NCBI GenBank assembly: GCA_030827475.1
Contig: JAUREJ010000005.1
Coordinates: 2,128 to 66,127, forward strand
Reading direction: 5' to 3'
DNA from: Poseidonia sp.
GTDB lineage: Archaea > Thermoplasmatota > Poseidoniia > Poseidoniales > Poseidoniaceae
Length of the DNA: 64,000 nucleotides
The notes under the pieces were generated by a model, which worked only from the letters and a program-made list of their open reading frames with translations, ran no database searches and was not told the DNA's origin. Shown here piece by piece: positions 38,753 through 48,455 of this stretch (position 1 is its first letter; every line of letters starts with the position of its first letter). Made by a program: the position numbers and the translations under genes.

Positions 38753-40960
38753 ATGGGACGTAAAGAAGACAACATCAAGAAGGCCACAGAAGTCATGCAC
38801 GTCCTTCCTCAAATCAGGAACTTGTGTATCGCCGCTCACATTGACCACGGAAAGACCACGCTCTCGGACAACCTCATCGCAGGCGCAGGCATGATGTCCA
38901 ACGAACTTGCAGGTGCTGCCCGCGTGCTCGATTTTGACGAACAGGAATCCGCTCGTGGAATCACGATCAATGCTGCCTCGGCTTCGATGGTCCACTCCGT
39001 CGAAGGTACGGACTATCTCATCAACCTCATCGATACGCCAGGTCACGTTGACTTTGGCGGTGACGTGACGCGTGCCATGCGGGCTGTAGATGGATGTTTC
39101 ATCCTCGCATGCGCCGTTGAAGGACCCATGCCGCAGACAGAGACGGTTGTTCGCCAAGCCTTGAAAGAGAAAGTGAAGCCTGTTTTGTTCATCAACAAGG
39201 TCGACCGCCTCATCAACGAGTTGCAGGTGACGCCCGACGACATGATGGCCCGGTTCACCGAGACCATCAAAAAGGTCAACAAACTCATCAAGCAATTTGC
39301 CCCCGAAAACAAAAAGAAGGACTGGCAGGTCTCTGTTCAAGACGGAACGGTAGCATTCGGTTCTGCTTACCACAACTGGGGGATTACTGTCCCTTACATG
39401 GCCAAGTCAGGGATTTCTTTCAAGGAAATTTTCGAGTACTGCAACAACGAGGATCAAAAGTCCCTCGCTAAGAAGGCCCCCGTACACGAGGTTCTTCTCG
39501 ACATGGCAGTGACCAAACTCCCCGGACCCATCGAGGCTCAAAAGTACCGTATTCCCAACATCTGGACCGGGGACCTGGATTCCGAAATAGGCCAAGCCAT
39601 GCTCAATTGCGACCCCAATGCCGAACTCGCTATGATGGTCACCAAGATTTGGATGGACCCGCACGCTGGTGAAGTCGCTGTCGGTCGCGTGTACTCCGGT
39701 TCAGTTAACCAAGGCGAATCGGTGTACGCCATTGGTGCCGCCAAATCCGAGCGTGTTCAGCAGGTCGCCATGATGGTCGGTGGGGACCGAATTACCGTCC
39801 CTAAAGTCGTTGCTGGAAACATCGCTGCCGTCACCGGTATCCGGTCAGCAGCTGCGGGTGTGACGCTGTCCAAAAACAAGGACTTCACGCCCTTTGAAGC
39901 CATCCGCCACTATTCCGACCCGGTCGTGACCGTGGCCGTTGAGCCCAAGAGCATGAAGGACCTCCCCAAGTTCATTGATGCACTTCGCTCCCTCGCCAAG
40001 GCCGACGCGTCTTTGCAGGTGACCACCAACCAAGAAACGGGCGAAGCGCTGCTCGCAGGTATGGGTGAACTCCATTTGGAAATCACCGTTTACCGCATTG
40101 AGGAAGAACAGAACATCAAGGTCAAAGTGAGTCCGCCCATCGTGGTGTATCGGGAAGGTATCCAAGGATCCAACCGAGGAAATGCGTTTGAGGGCAAATC
40201 TCCAAACCGCCACAACCGGTTTTTCTTTGAAATCGAAGCCCTCCCCACCGAGGTCGTGGATGCACTCCGTGCAGGTGACCTCGGTGATGGACCTGTTCGG
40301 AGCAGCGATTCAAAGGAGGTTGGGAACAAGTTCGGCGAATACGGAATGGACAAAGATGTGATGAGAAAGATTTACGCAATCAAAGGCACCAATGTCCTCG
40401 TCAACGATACCAAGGGTATTCAAAACCTTCACGAAACCCGTGAGCTTATCATTGAGGCGTTCAATGAAGTCTGTGTCAAAGGCCCCATTGCTGACGAACC
40501 CGTTCAAGGCATGTTCGTCCGCCTTGTTGATGCAAAGTTGCATGAAGATGCCATCCACCGCGGCCCAGCCCAAACCATCCCAGCGGTTCGTAACGGAATC
40601 AAGGGGGCCATGATGCGTGCACGCACCGTCTTGCTTGAGCCCATGCAGAAGGCCTTCATTTCTGTCCCAAACGACTGGCTTGGTCAGGTCACGCGTGAAG
40701 TCACCACCCGTCGAGGTATCATCGAAGACATGCCGTCAGAAGGCAACGTCACCACCGTGGTTGGCGTGATCCCAATCGCCGAGACCTTTGGGTTCTCCAA
40801 CGACATTCGCGCAGCATCGCAAGGTCGGGCCGTTTGGAACACGGAAAACCTCGGTTTCGAGATTCTTCCACCCCAACTCTTCGACAAGGTCGTTGGAGAA
40901 ATCCGGCAGCGTAAGGGCCTCAAGCCAGAGCCCAACCCCGAATCGTATTACGCCGATTGA
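38753..40960 (+). CDS. fusA: Elongation factor 2 (aEF-2)
   Basis: AHIDHGKTT, RGITI, DTPGHVDF and NKVD motifs. Diphthamide loop LHEDAIHRGPAQ is intact. Confidence 0.98.
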   Translation: MGRKEDNIKKATEVMHVLPQIRNLCIAAHIDHGKTTLSDNLIAGAGMMSNELAGAARVLDFDEQESARGITINAASASMVHSVEGTDYLINLIDTPGHVDFGGDVTRAMRAVDGCFILACAVEGPMPQTETVVRQALKEKVKPVLFINKVDRLINELQVTPDDMMARFTETIKKVNKLIKQFAPENKKKDWQVSVQDGTVAFGSAYHNWGITVPYMAKSGISFKEIFEYCNNEDQKSLAKKAPVHEVLLDMAVTKLPGPIEAQKYRIPNIWTGDLDSEIGQAMLNCDPNAELAMMVTKIWMDPHAGEVAVGRVYSGSVNQGESVYAIGAAKSERVQQVAMMVGGDRITVPKVVAGNIAAVTGIRSAAAGVTLSKNKDFTPFEAIRHYSDPVVTVAVEPKSMKDLPKFIDALRSLAKADASLQVTTNQETGEALLAGMGELHLEITVYRIEEEQNIKVKVSPPIVVYREGIQGSNRGNAFEGKSPNRHNRFFFEIEALPTEVVDALRAGDLGDGPVRSSDSKEVGNKFGEYGMDKDVMRKIYAIKGTNVLVNDTKGIQNLHETRELIIEAFNEVCVKGPIADEPVQGMFVRLVDAKLHEDAIHRGPAQTIPAVRNGIKGAMMRARTVLLEPMQKAFISVPNDWLGQVTREVTTRRGIIEDMPSEGNVTTVVGVIPIAETFGFSNDIRAASQGRAVWNTENLGFEILPPQLFDKVVGEIRQRKGLKPEPNPESYYAD

Positions 40961-40970
40961 GGTCGCTCAA

Positions 40971-41432
40971 ATGGTGGCGAGGGCGGTTGGCCTTCACGTC
41001 AATCCCCACGGAGGCGTGCCCAAATACCCTGTTGACCACCTCATCGTTCAGGCAAACGGTTGTCTCGGAGATAAACAACGGAACACGCGCTACCATGGCG
41101 GGCCGGACCGTGCCGTGTGTATCCTCCTCACTTCGGTCCTGGAGAAACTTCAAGCCGACGGTCACCCCATTGAAGCGGGGAGCACCGGTGAAAATCTGCT
41201 CATCGACGGTTTGCATCCTGAATCATTGCATGCAGGTTGCCGATTAAACGTCGGGGAGGTAGTTTTGGAACTGACGGGTGACGCACCGCCTTGCAAAACA
41301 ATCGGTTCATCGTTTGAGAACGGCATGTTCAGAGCATTAAGTCACAAGCAAACCCGTGGACAAACACGTTGGTACGCGAGGGTTCTTGTTGAAGGGACCG
41401 TTCGTTTGAACGACGGTGTGCACCTTCAATGA
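40971..41432 (+). CDS. MOSC domain protein
   Basis: GGVPK, HGGPDRAVC, GENL, PCKTI and YARVLVEG motifs. Confidence 0.88.
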   Translation: MVARAVGLHVNPHGGVPKYPVDHLIVQANGCLGDKQRNTRYHGGPDRAVCILLTSVLEKLQADGHPIEAGSTGENLLIDGLHPESLHAGCRLNVGEVVLELTGDAPPCKTIGSSFENGMFRALSHKQTRGQTRWYARVLVEGTVRLNDGVHLQ

Positions 41433-43177
41433 AGCCTCGCGAGTTGGAAATCGGTCAACTCTCGTAGGGCAACCAAAGCAGGGCCGTCATCGATTCGGTC
41501 AAGGCAAGCATGCGCTTGCGAATGAAACGCCTCAGCCATTTCTCGAGCGTAAGTAACGGAGCCCAATTCTTTGAGCGCCTCCAGACCATCGCTGAGCGCA
41601 GCGTCTCCAATTGAATCACCTTTTCCGAGAACGGCCAGGAGTCGGTCTTTTACTGGGCCTTCAGGTTGGCGAAGAGCGTGAATGACCATCAGTGTGCGCT
41701 TTCCTTGGGCTATGTCAGAGCCAGCCGGCTTGCCCAAGGTTTCTGAATCTGAGAGAACATCGATGATGTCGTCCATCAGTTGGAAGCAGAGTCCGACAGC
41801 CTTGCCCCAATCAGCCATCAACTGGACGGTTTCCTCATCAGCACCCGATATGCGGGCCCCGATTTCAGCACAAATTAGGAACATGACAGCGGTTTTTCCT
41901 TCGATCATCTCCAAGTATTCATCTTCCGAAACGCCGATTCGGTCTTCAAATTCGATGTCCAACTGTTGGCCTTCGCTCACTCGACGAACCATCCATGCGA
42001 TGCGGTTGACCAACGGTGCGACATCGGTTGGCTCAAGATTCTCCGCTTGAACAAGGCGTTCAAAAGCGATAGCGAGCATCGCATCGCCAGCGTTGATCGC
42101 CGTCGGCATGCCGTATTCCACGTGAACCGCGTTTCTTCCCCGACGAATTTCGTCATCGTCCATGATGTCATCATGGACCAGCGTGAAATTGTGAACGGTT
42201 TCGATGGCCGCTCCAATATCAAGGAGGCCAGAATGGGTTTCCCCGACAGCCTTTGCAATGAGCCAAGGTAGTGTGGCTCGCATGCGTTTTCCACCGCCTT
42301 CAACGAGGTGCATCATGGCGTTAGCCAACCGTTCATGACGTGATGCTCGAAGACTTGCTTCAATCCTCGCTTCAATGAGAGGTTTGACTTCCATGATGGA
42401 GGTGAGCAAATCAGCCCCTTCTGCACCCGGTAGCATGTGGCTGATGTCTCCCATGTCGTGGATGTTGTCGTTGGCCAGTTCGGCGAGTTTGGAGGGATCA
42501 GCGTGGTGACTCCACCAATCTTTGGTCATGATGCGTGCTGCGATGGAACGGAACCACGGTGCTACGGCGTTTTGGGGGGGGCGTTCTTCAATGAGCATGG
42601 CTTCCAGAGCATCCCGGCTTACCCACATGATGTCGGAAACCTCGTTTGGATTTGGTTTCAATTCAACATCGGCCGTCATGACCAAGATGTGGTCGATTTC
42701 GCGTTCGATCCATTCAGCATTCATTCGAGATGCGTATCGCATTTTTGTCATGAAGGTCATGTCGTCTTCTGAAATTTGGGTTGGGTCAATGCCCAGTTCT
42801 TGTTCTAATTTTCGAACGGCGGCCCGTTTCACGCCCATGGCATTGGTTTCGTCCAGCTCAGCTTCTGCGTGGAGCGGGTGCGAGCAGCACGCATTGGCCC
42901 ATACGCCTGGGAAGGTGACTTTGTCCATCGACCGGCGTTGGAGGAGCATCTCACCTTTTGAGTTGAACAACAGCAGACTAAACGCACGGTGGAATGAACC
43001 GGCCCCTCGGTGCGCTTCTAATTTCGAGAGCGGTCCAATGACCTTGTCCCACTCGTCCACCTGAATGACGGCTTCAGCCATGAGCGTAATCTGTGCCTCA
43101 TCTTTATTCAAGAGCGATGAGCGGTCGTCCTCGGACAATTCAACATGCGGGACATCCTCAATGTTGTATCCCGCCAT
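41426..43177 (-). CDS. Fusion of type-1 isopentenyl-diphosphate isomerase and geranylgeranyl/polyprenyl diphosphate synthase
   Basis: N-terminal half has HRAFSLLLFN, KVTFPGVWANACCSHP and EREIDH. C-terminal half has GGKRMR, HDDIMDDD, GKTA and FQLMDDIID. One continuous ORF. Confidence 0.93.
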   Translation of the reverse strand: MAGYNIEDVPHVELSEDDRSSLLNKDEAQITLMAEAVIQVDEWDKVIGPLSKLEAHRGAGSFHRAFSLLLFNSKGEMLLQRRSMDKVTFPGVWANACCSHPLHAEAELDETNAMGVKRAAVRKLEQELGIDPTQISEDDMTFMTKMRYASRMNAEWIEREIDHILVMTADVELKPNPNEVSDIMWVSRDALEAMLIEERPPQNAVAPWFRSIAARIMTKDWWSHHADPSKLAELANDNIHDMGDISHMLPGAEGADLLTSIMEVKPLIEARIEASLRASRHERLANAMMHLVEGGGKRMRATLPWLIAKAVGETHSGLLDIGAAIETVHNFTLVHDDIMDDDEIRRGRNAVHVEYGMPTAINAGDAMLAIAFERLVQAENLEPTDVAPLVNRIAWMVRRVSEGQQLDIEFEDRIGVSEDEYLEMIEGKTAVMFLICAEIGARISGADEETVQLMADWGKAVGLCFQLMDDIIDVLSDSETLGKPAGSDIAQGKRTLMVIHALRQPEGPVKDRLLAVLGKGDSIGDAALSDGLEALKELGSVTYAREMAEAFHSQAHACLDRIDDGPALVALRELTDFQLARLH

Positions 43178-43231
43178 AGTTTCACCGACCTGACGTGGTC
43201 GCGGAGGATACATGAAGAGTTCTCTGCCATC

Positions 43232-44041
43232 TTATGCGACCAATCTCGTGCCCCTGACCGAATGGCCAAGACAAGCATCAGCAACTCTTTCTTGCGCCTC
43301 ACCACAGACCAAGATGACTTCCACACCGTGGGCAAGCACGAGAAAACCCCGTTCAACCTTCAATCCGATGCCTCCAGTGACATCGATTTCAGAGGCATGG
43401 TCGCCCCTAAAGACCTGCTCCCTTTCCAAGGTCGTCAAGAGATGCTGTTCCCTTCCTGGTTGAGGAGGTTCCGCCAAGACACCGTCAACACCGCCCATTG
43501 CGAAGACGAGGCGTTTGACTCGTGGCAATTCAACGGCGAGGCGGACGACGAGGTCGTCGCCAGAGAGAATGCCAAATTCCGAATCACCATCGCACTCAAC
43601 AACATCCCCGTAGGTCACAAGCACGATGCCCGGGGGGGCGTCTTGGAACAACGAGAGGTCACCGTTGAAATGTGGTCCGGTGTTTCGCGCCCATTGGTGG
43701 GGTGGAAGCGTGACTGCACTGATGTCACGTTTGGTGAGTGCGTTCATCACATGCTCGTTGAGGTCGAGCATGTCTTGGCGAACTTCCTCGACGGCTTCAT
43801 CTTGCGTCAGTTCGCCTTTGATTTCTTGAGCATTTACTCGTCCTTCAGCAAGGCGGTATTGTTTCGCCTTGAGATGGCCGAATGAACCCGCTCCATGAAC
43901 GAGGACCACGTCCATTTCGTTGTCCAAACATCTTTCAAGTTGTTCAGCGAGTAGGTCAAGAACATCGATTCGAGGCGTCTTCAATGCTGCCTTGTCAGTG
44001 ATGAGGCCACCGCCCCATTTGATGACGACGCGGTCTCGCAT
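43232..44041 (-). CDS. ipk: Isopentenyl phosphate kinase
   Basis: IKWGGGLITDK, VHGAGSFGH, ILSGDDL and DVTGGI motifs. Confidence 0.92.
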   Translation of the reverse strand: MRDRVVIKWGGGLITDKAALKTPRIDVLDLLAEQLERCLDNEMDVVLVHGAGSFGHLKAKQYRLAEGRVNAQEIKGELTQDEAVEEVRQDMLDLNEHVMNALTKRDISAVTLPPHQWARNTGPHFNGDLSLFQDAPPGIVLVTYGDVVECDGDSEFGILSGDDLVVRLAVELPRVKRLVFAMGGVDGVLAEPPQPGREQHLLTTLEREQVFRGDHASEIDVTGGIGLKVERGFLVLAHGVEVILVCGEAQERVADACLGHSVRGTRLVA

Positions 44042-44126
44042 GGCCGTGCGAAGGAATGGAGCATCATGAGGCTGCCGTTTTTTTGAGGAGCAAGGATTCA
44101 TGAGGCATCGTGGTTCAGCGCGAGCC

Positions 44127-44462
44127 ATGAGCGATGAGCCAACCGTTGACGCTTTCATGCGTCATTTGCAAGTTTGCCTTGAAGAGGCACGAACCATTGC
44201 AGACGGGAAAGAGCGACAAGAGCGTTGCTGGCAGTTGGAATCAGCGCTCCAAGAAGCCATCATTTACAAAAATCGAATCGAGGAATTGCAACGTCACGGT
44301 TTGGATCCCGTTCGGCTTGTCGAGGGCGATGGCACCAACACCCCTGCGCCGGCTCCGAAAAAGGTTGAGGCATTGATATCCGGTCACGTCCATTGCGGGA
44401 CATGTCGGGCCGTTCTCGAGCCTGATTTGGCGTTCTGCCCTGCCTGCGGCGCAGAAAAGTGA
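44127..44462 (+). CDS. Small protein with C-terminal zinc ribbon
   Basis: Helical N-terminus and CGTC..FCPACG. TTCATGAG lies 30 nt upstream of ATG 44127. Confidence 0.75.
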   Translation: MSDEPTVDAFMRHLQVCLEEARTIADGKERQERCWQLESALQEAIIYKNRIEELQRHGLDPVRLVEGDGTNTPAPAPKKVEALISGHVHCGTCRAVLEPDLAFCPACGAEK

Positions 44463-44467
44463 ACGAA

Positions 44468-45166
44468 TCACTCCTCTTCTTCTCGAACCCATTCCTCGAT
44501 AACCTCGAGAATCAGTGGGTCTTCAGGATCGACTTGGTAGAGATACTCCCCTGGGACTTCATCGGTCAGGAACACCGTCGTTCCGGCGCGATAGATGGTG
44601 TGGCCGTCTGCAATGGCACGAACGGTGTCAACTTCCAGAATGGCTGGACGGTCAATACGAACGTGCCCGGCTTCCATGGCGTTTTGGATTGAACGGGAGA
44701 GGTGAACATTTTTACGGTCACCTGAGGTAATACCGTATTCAAGCATGGTCGCTACTTCGTCTGCTTCACATGGATAGAACAAGGCTTCGGGAATGTCGTC
44801 CGTAGGCAAGTCGAGATCCAGTTCAATGGAATGGCCGTATGTTGCACGAATCATGCCGTTTTCAACTTGGTATCGTCCTTTCTCATCGGCATTGGCAATC
44901 GCTTCGAAGTGCCATCCGCGCAACCAGTGGTAGTGGCGACGTTGATTGCCGATGGCCTCCGAGAGCTCTCGCGAGTTCACCCAACCGTTGATGTCCATCT
45001 CGACGTTGAATTTCTCCGGTGCGTGGCGCAAAACCAAGGCCAACATGCGACCAAGTGAGTTGGCTTCCCGGTCGCTCATGATGAATTTTCCTTCATCGTT
45101 GCAAACAGCACAGTTGGTTCCTGAAAAGTGTCCATGGCTTCGGCATTGGCGTAGCATAATGTCCAT
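44468..45166 (-). CDS. kptA: RNA 2'-phosphotransferase (KptA/Tpt1)
   Basis: LRHAP, DEKGRY, IRATYGHS and VHLS motifs, with an N-terminal CxxH..CxxC. Confidence 0.93.
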   Translation of the reverse strand: MDIMLRQCRSHGHFSGTNCAVCNDEGKFIMSDREANSLGRMLALVLRHAPEKFNVEMDINGWVNSRELSEAIGNQRRHYHWLRGWHFEAIANADEKGRYQVENGMIRATYGHSIELDLDLPTDDIPEALFYPCEADEVATMLEYGITSGDRKNVHLSRSIQNAMEAGHVRIDRPAILEVDTVRAIADGHTIYRAGTTVFLTDEVPGEYLYQVDPEDPLILEVIEEWVREEEE

Positions 45167-45273
45167 GCGGGTGAGGCCTGTTCAAGAACCCTGCGGGTTA
45201 AAAACCCGATGAAACTCACGAGAGAGGTCTTCTTCGCCGTGGGTATGAAATGCTGGCGTTGGTTGCATGGGTC

Positions 45274-46446
45274 ATGGTGGATGTGGCCGTTGTCGGCGCA
45301 GGGCAAACCCGTTACGGTAACCACGCCCTTGGCTTAAAGGGGATGTGGGCGGAAGCCGCCCGAAGTGCCTTTTCGAGCATTGACGGCGACTTTGATGTAA
45401 AGTCGGTTGATGAAGCGTACATCGGCAGTTTAGCTTTTGGAGGTGCCCAACTCGGAAACACCGCAGCCCTCTTGACCGAACACTCCGACATGGAGGGTGT
45501 CCCCGTTCGGAGGGTTGAGAATGCCTGCGCCTCTTCTGGTTTTGCATTTCGAGATGCGTGGATGGCGATCAAAAGCGGTCAAGCCGATATCGTTGTTGCA
45601 GGAGGCATTGAAAAAATGAACGATTTAACACCTGAGCGCCGTAGATATTGGCTCGGTGTCTCTGGCGATACGGAATGGGAGCGGCTGGCTGGGCTCACGT
45701 TTCCGGGGACTTACGCTCTCATGGCTCGACGTTATTTCCATGAATTCGACGCAAGCCATGATGATTTGGTCCATGTTACCGTCAAAAACCACCTTCACGG
45801 CTCACTGAACCCGCTCGCTCATATTCAAAAGGAGGTCTCGTTCGAAAAAGCCGCCTCTGGCTTCATGGTTGCTGACCCGCTCACCCTTTACGATTGTTGC
45901 CCCACATCGGACGGGGCCTCGTGCGTTGTTTTGGCTGCGGACCATGTTGCGAAGCGGATGACGGACACACCCGTTTGGGTTCGGGGCTCAGGCGCCGCTT
46001 CCGACCACCTTGCACTCCATGACCGCCCATCCATTACGCAACTCAAAGCGACCCAAACAGCGGGAAGAAAGGCCTACGAAATGGCAAATCTGAAGCCTCG
46101 GGACATCGATATTGCCGAGGTTCATGACTGCTTTACCATCGCTGAAGTGTTGGCTACCGAAGACCTTGGTTTTGCTGAACGAGGTCATGGCGGTCGCTTT
46201 GCACGGGAGGGCCAGGGTGTCATCAATCAGGGAAGCGTTGCGGTGAACGCAAGTGGAGGGCTCAAATCCAAAGGCCATCCGCTCGGGGCAACCGGGACCG
46301 GTCAGGTGGTTGAGGTGTTCAAGCAACTGCGAGGTCAAGTGGAGTCTCAACGGCAAGTGAAGGATGCTGAAGTCGGCTTAACACACAACGTCGGCGGTTC
46401 GGGCGCGACGTGTGCCGTTCATGTTTTTGGGAGGGACCGACCATGA
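45274..46446 (+). CDS. Archaeal-type acetyl-CoA acetyltransferase (thiolase)
   Basis: ENACASSG, DCCPTSDGA, AEVHDCFT, SGGLKSKGHPLGATG and HNVGG motifs. Confidence 0.93.
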   Translation: MVDVAVVGAGQTRYGNHALGLKGMWAEAARSAFSSIDGDFDVKSVDEAYIGSLAFGGAQLGNTAALLTEHSDMEGVPVRRVENACASSGFAFRDAWMAIKSGQADIVVAGGIEKMNDLTPERRRYWLGVSGDTEWERLAGLTFPGTYALMARRYFHEFDASHDDLVHVTVKNHLHGSLNPLAHIQKEVSFEKAASGFMVADPLTLYDCCPTSDGASCVVLAADHVAKRMTDTPVWVRGSGAASDHLALHDRPSITQLKATQTAGRKAYEMANLKPRDIDIAEVHDCFTIAEVLATEDLGFAERGHGGRFAREGQGVINQGSVAVNASGGLKSKGHPLGATGTGQVVEVFKQLRGQVESQRQVKDAEVGLTHNVGGSGATCAVHVFGRDRP

Positions 46447-47273
46447 CTGAGGAGGTTTGGATGGGCTATCTCGTGGACCATTGCACCAACTACACGGTCG
46501 TTCAATCCCCCTTTGTTTTGGGCGAGGAACGCGTCTTTGGTGCGGACAGCGACGCCACGACCCTCTCGGTTGCGGCTATTCTCCATCGGCTCCAACATGA
46601 TGCTATTGCGTCGGTTGCTGTGCCCGATGGGATTGATGCAGACACTGTTTCGACGGCTTGTAACGTCCATGTTTGGGACGAAGAATCGGAGGCCGGTCCC
46701 GAATGGGATTTGCTGTTGAGCGAGGAAGCCATCATCGTGCTTGCACGGCCAGGTGCGGATGTTGAAATTTCTGTCATGGACATGGCTGTTGAGGTGGACC
46801 GACCTTTCCACGAGGCCATCCTCACTGCTTGGGAGATGGAACTGAACACACTTCATGTGAGTCAAGGTGCGTACGTGTCTCAAGCACAATACGTTGAAGC
46901 AGCCAGCTCGAGGCTGTCGCTTTCGGGACAAATAGGGGCCAACGGTCCCGTATGGCCACCACGCTATTCAGCCCATGGGCCCGTGAACGGAAACGGCGTC
47001 CACAAATTAACGCCCAACGGACATGTGCTGTCGTGGACCACCCTCTCGGCAGCAGGCTCACCATCAGAATTTTCACTTCGGGCCCCCTTGCTTGGAGGCG
47101 TAAGTACCGTTTTACTCGAACTCACCGACGGGCCAAACGGGGTGTTTTTGATCGTTGACGACGAGGAACCCGAATTGTCCATGGATGCGCCGATGGAATT
47201 GGTGGTTCGCCGGATTTACGCGCAAGAGGGTTTCATCCGGTACGGTTTGAAGGCCCGTCCCATGTCGGCATGA
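46443..47273 (+). CDS. DUF35 OB-fold thiolase partner with degenerate N-terminal region
   Basis: C-terminal GHVLSWT..PSEF..MELVVRRIYAQEGFIRYGLKARP. ATGA-coupled to the thiolase gene. Confidence 0.8.
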   Translation: MTEEVWMGYLVDHCTNYTVVQSPFVLGEERVFGADSDATTLSVAAILHRLQHDAIASVAVPDGIDADTVSTACNVHVWDEESEAGPEWDLLLSEEAIIVLARPGADVEISVMDMAVEVDRPFHEAILTAWEMELNTLHVSQGAYVSQAQYVEAASSRLSLSGQIGANGPVWPPRYSAHGPVNGNGVHKLTPNGHVLSWTTLSAAGSPSEFSLRAPLLGGVSTVLLELTDGPNGVFLIVDDEEPELSMDAPMELVVRRIYAQEGFIRYGLKARPMSA

Positions 47274-47310
47274 CAAAGGATTCATAGAAAGCAAAGTTCA
47301 CCGAAGTTGC

Positions 47311-48327
47311 ATGGCGGGTTTTGGCGGTATGCGCAAAGGGCGTGAAGAGGCCAAAGACAACCTCAGCTATTCCGAAGGCGGAGATTGCCCCCGGTGCGGT
47401 GGAAACGCACAGGATTCAACGATGGCAGGGTATTTGCAATGCGGCTCATGTGGGCATGAGTGGGCAGATCCCAATTATGTCGAACCAAAAAAGCGACCAG
47501 CGCCGCCAACCTACCAACGGGATGCGGAGCTTATTGAACAATTCAAACAAGAGATGACTACGGGGGAGCTTGCCAACGTTCTCGGTGTGAAAAAGAACCT
47601 CTCCGGTGAGCAGGAACAATCGCTCAAGCGCTTGGAAGAGAAATGGATGAGCGGTATGCAAGGCCATTACAACGCAGCTTCAGAAGAACGAAAACCGCTC
47701 ATGATCAGCTTTGACGACGACGACAACATCGTCTCCACGGAAGTCGCCGCCATCACCATCGTTTCCAACGGTTTTGACGGTGGCGAAGAAATCCGATTGG
47801 AGTACCCAGGGATGGGTACGGAGTTTTACGCTTACAACGAACGTAGCCCCACCGGGTGGAAGCGTGGACCAAACGCCGAGACGACCGCCCGGTCCATCAC
47901 GAACGTCATCAACCGATCATCAAAACTGGTCTATGCGACATTGGAAGGGGTAAGAATCTCTTTTGAATTGCGTGACGAGAACCTCAATGCCTCATCGTTT
48001 GTGATCTTCGTTGATGACCCTGGTGGGACCGATATCGTGGCAGAAAAGGGAGGTGTCGTCTTGGACCATCGTGATTTCTCGACCATACAAGATTACAGGA
48101 CCGTTGTTGAAATGGTCCTTGAAGACGGAATTATTTCACCAAGTGAAGACCAACTCCTATGGGCCATTCGTCAACAATTGAACATCGATGATGCCTACCA
48201 CATTCAGATGGTCATGCAACTTTCCGGGGAAAACACCCTCAAAGAATGCACCTCCTGCGGCAGCATGGCTGACTTGTATCCCGAACATGCTGCGTGGTAC
48301 TGTCATCCGTGTGATGCGTGGTGCTAA
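47311..48327 (+). CDS. Hypothetical protein with two terminal zinc ribbons and a TerB-like helical segment
   Basis: CPRC..CGSCGHEW, then VLEDGIISPSEDQLLWAIRQQLNI, then CTSC..WYCHPCDAWC. Confidence 0.75.
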   Translation: MAGFGGMRKGREEAKDNLSYSEGGDCPRCGGNAQDSTMAGYLQCGSCGHEWADPNYVEPKKRPAPPTYQRDAELIEQFKQEMTTGELANVLGVKKNLSGEQEQSLKRLEEKWMSGMQGHYNAASEERKPLMISFDDDDNIVSTEVAAITIVSNGFDGGEEIRLEYPGMGTEFYAYNERSPTGWKRGPNAETTARSITNVINRSSKLVYATLEGVRISFELRDENLNASSFVIFVDDPGGTDIVAEKGGVVLDHRDFSTIQDYRTVVEMVLEDGIISPSEDQLLWAIRQQLNIDDAYHIQMVMQLSGENTLKECTSCGSMADLYPEHAAWYCHPCDAWC

Positions 48328-48455
48328 ATTAAACGCAGTGACTCGTTCTATAGGAGCCTGAAACAAACTCTATTCTGCCACCCAGACCGTAGCGTCCGAA
48401 TTTCTTTTGGGGACTCTTCATAAACTCAAGTGATGTCCCAAAAGATGGTGAGCCT

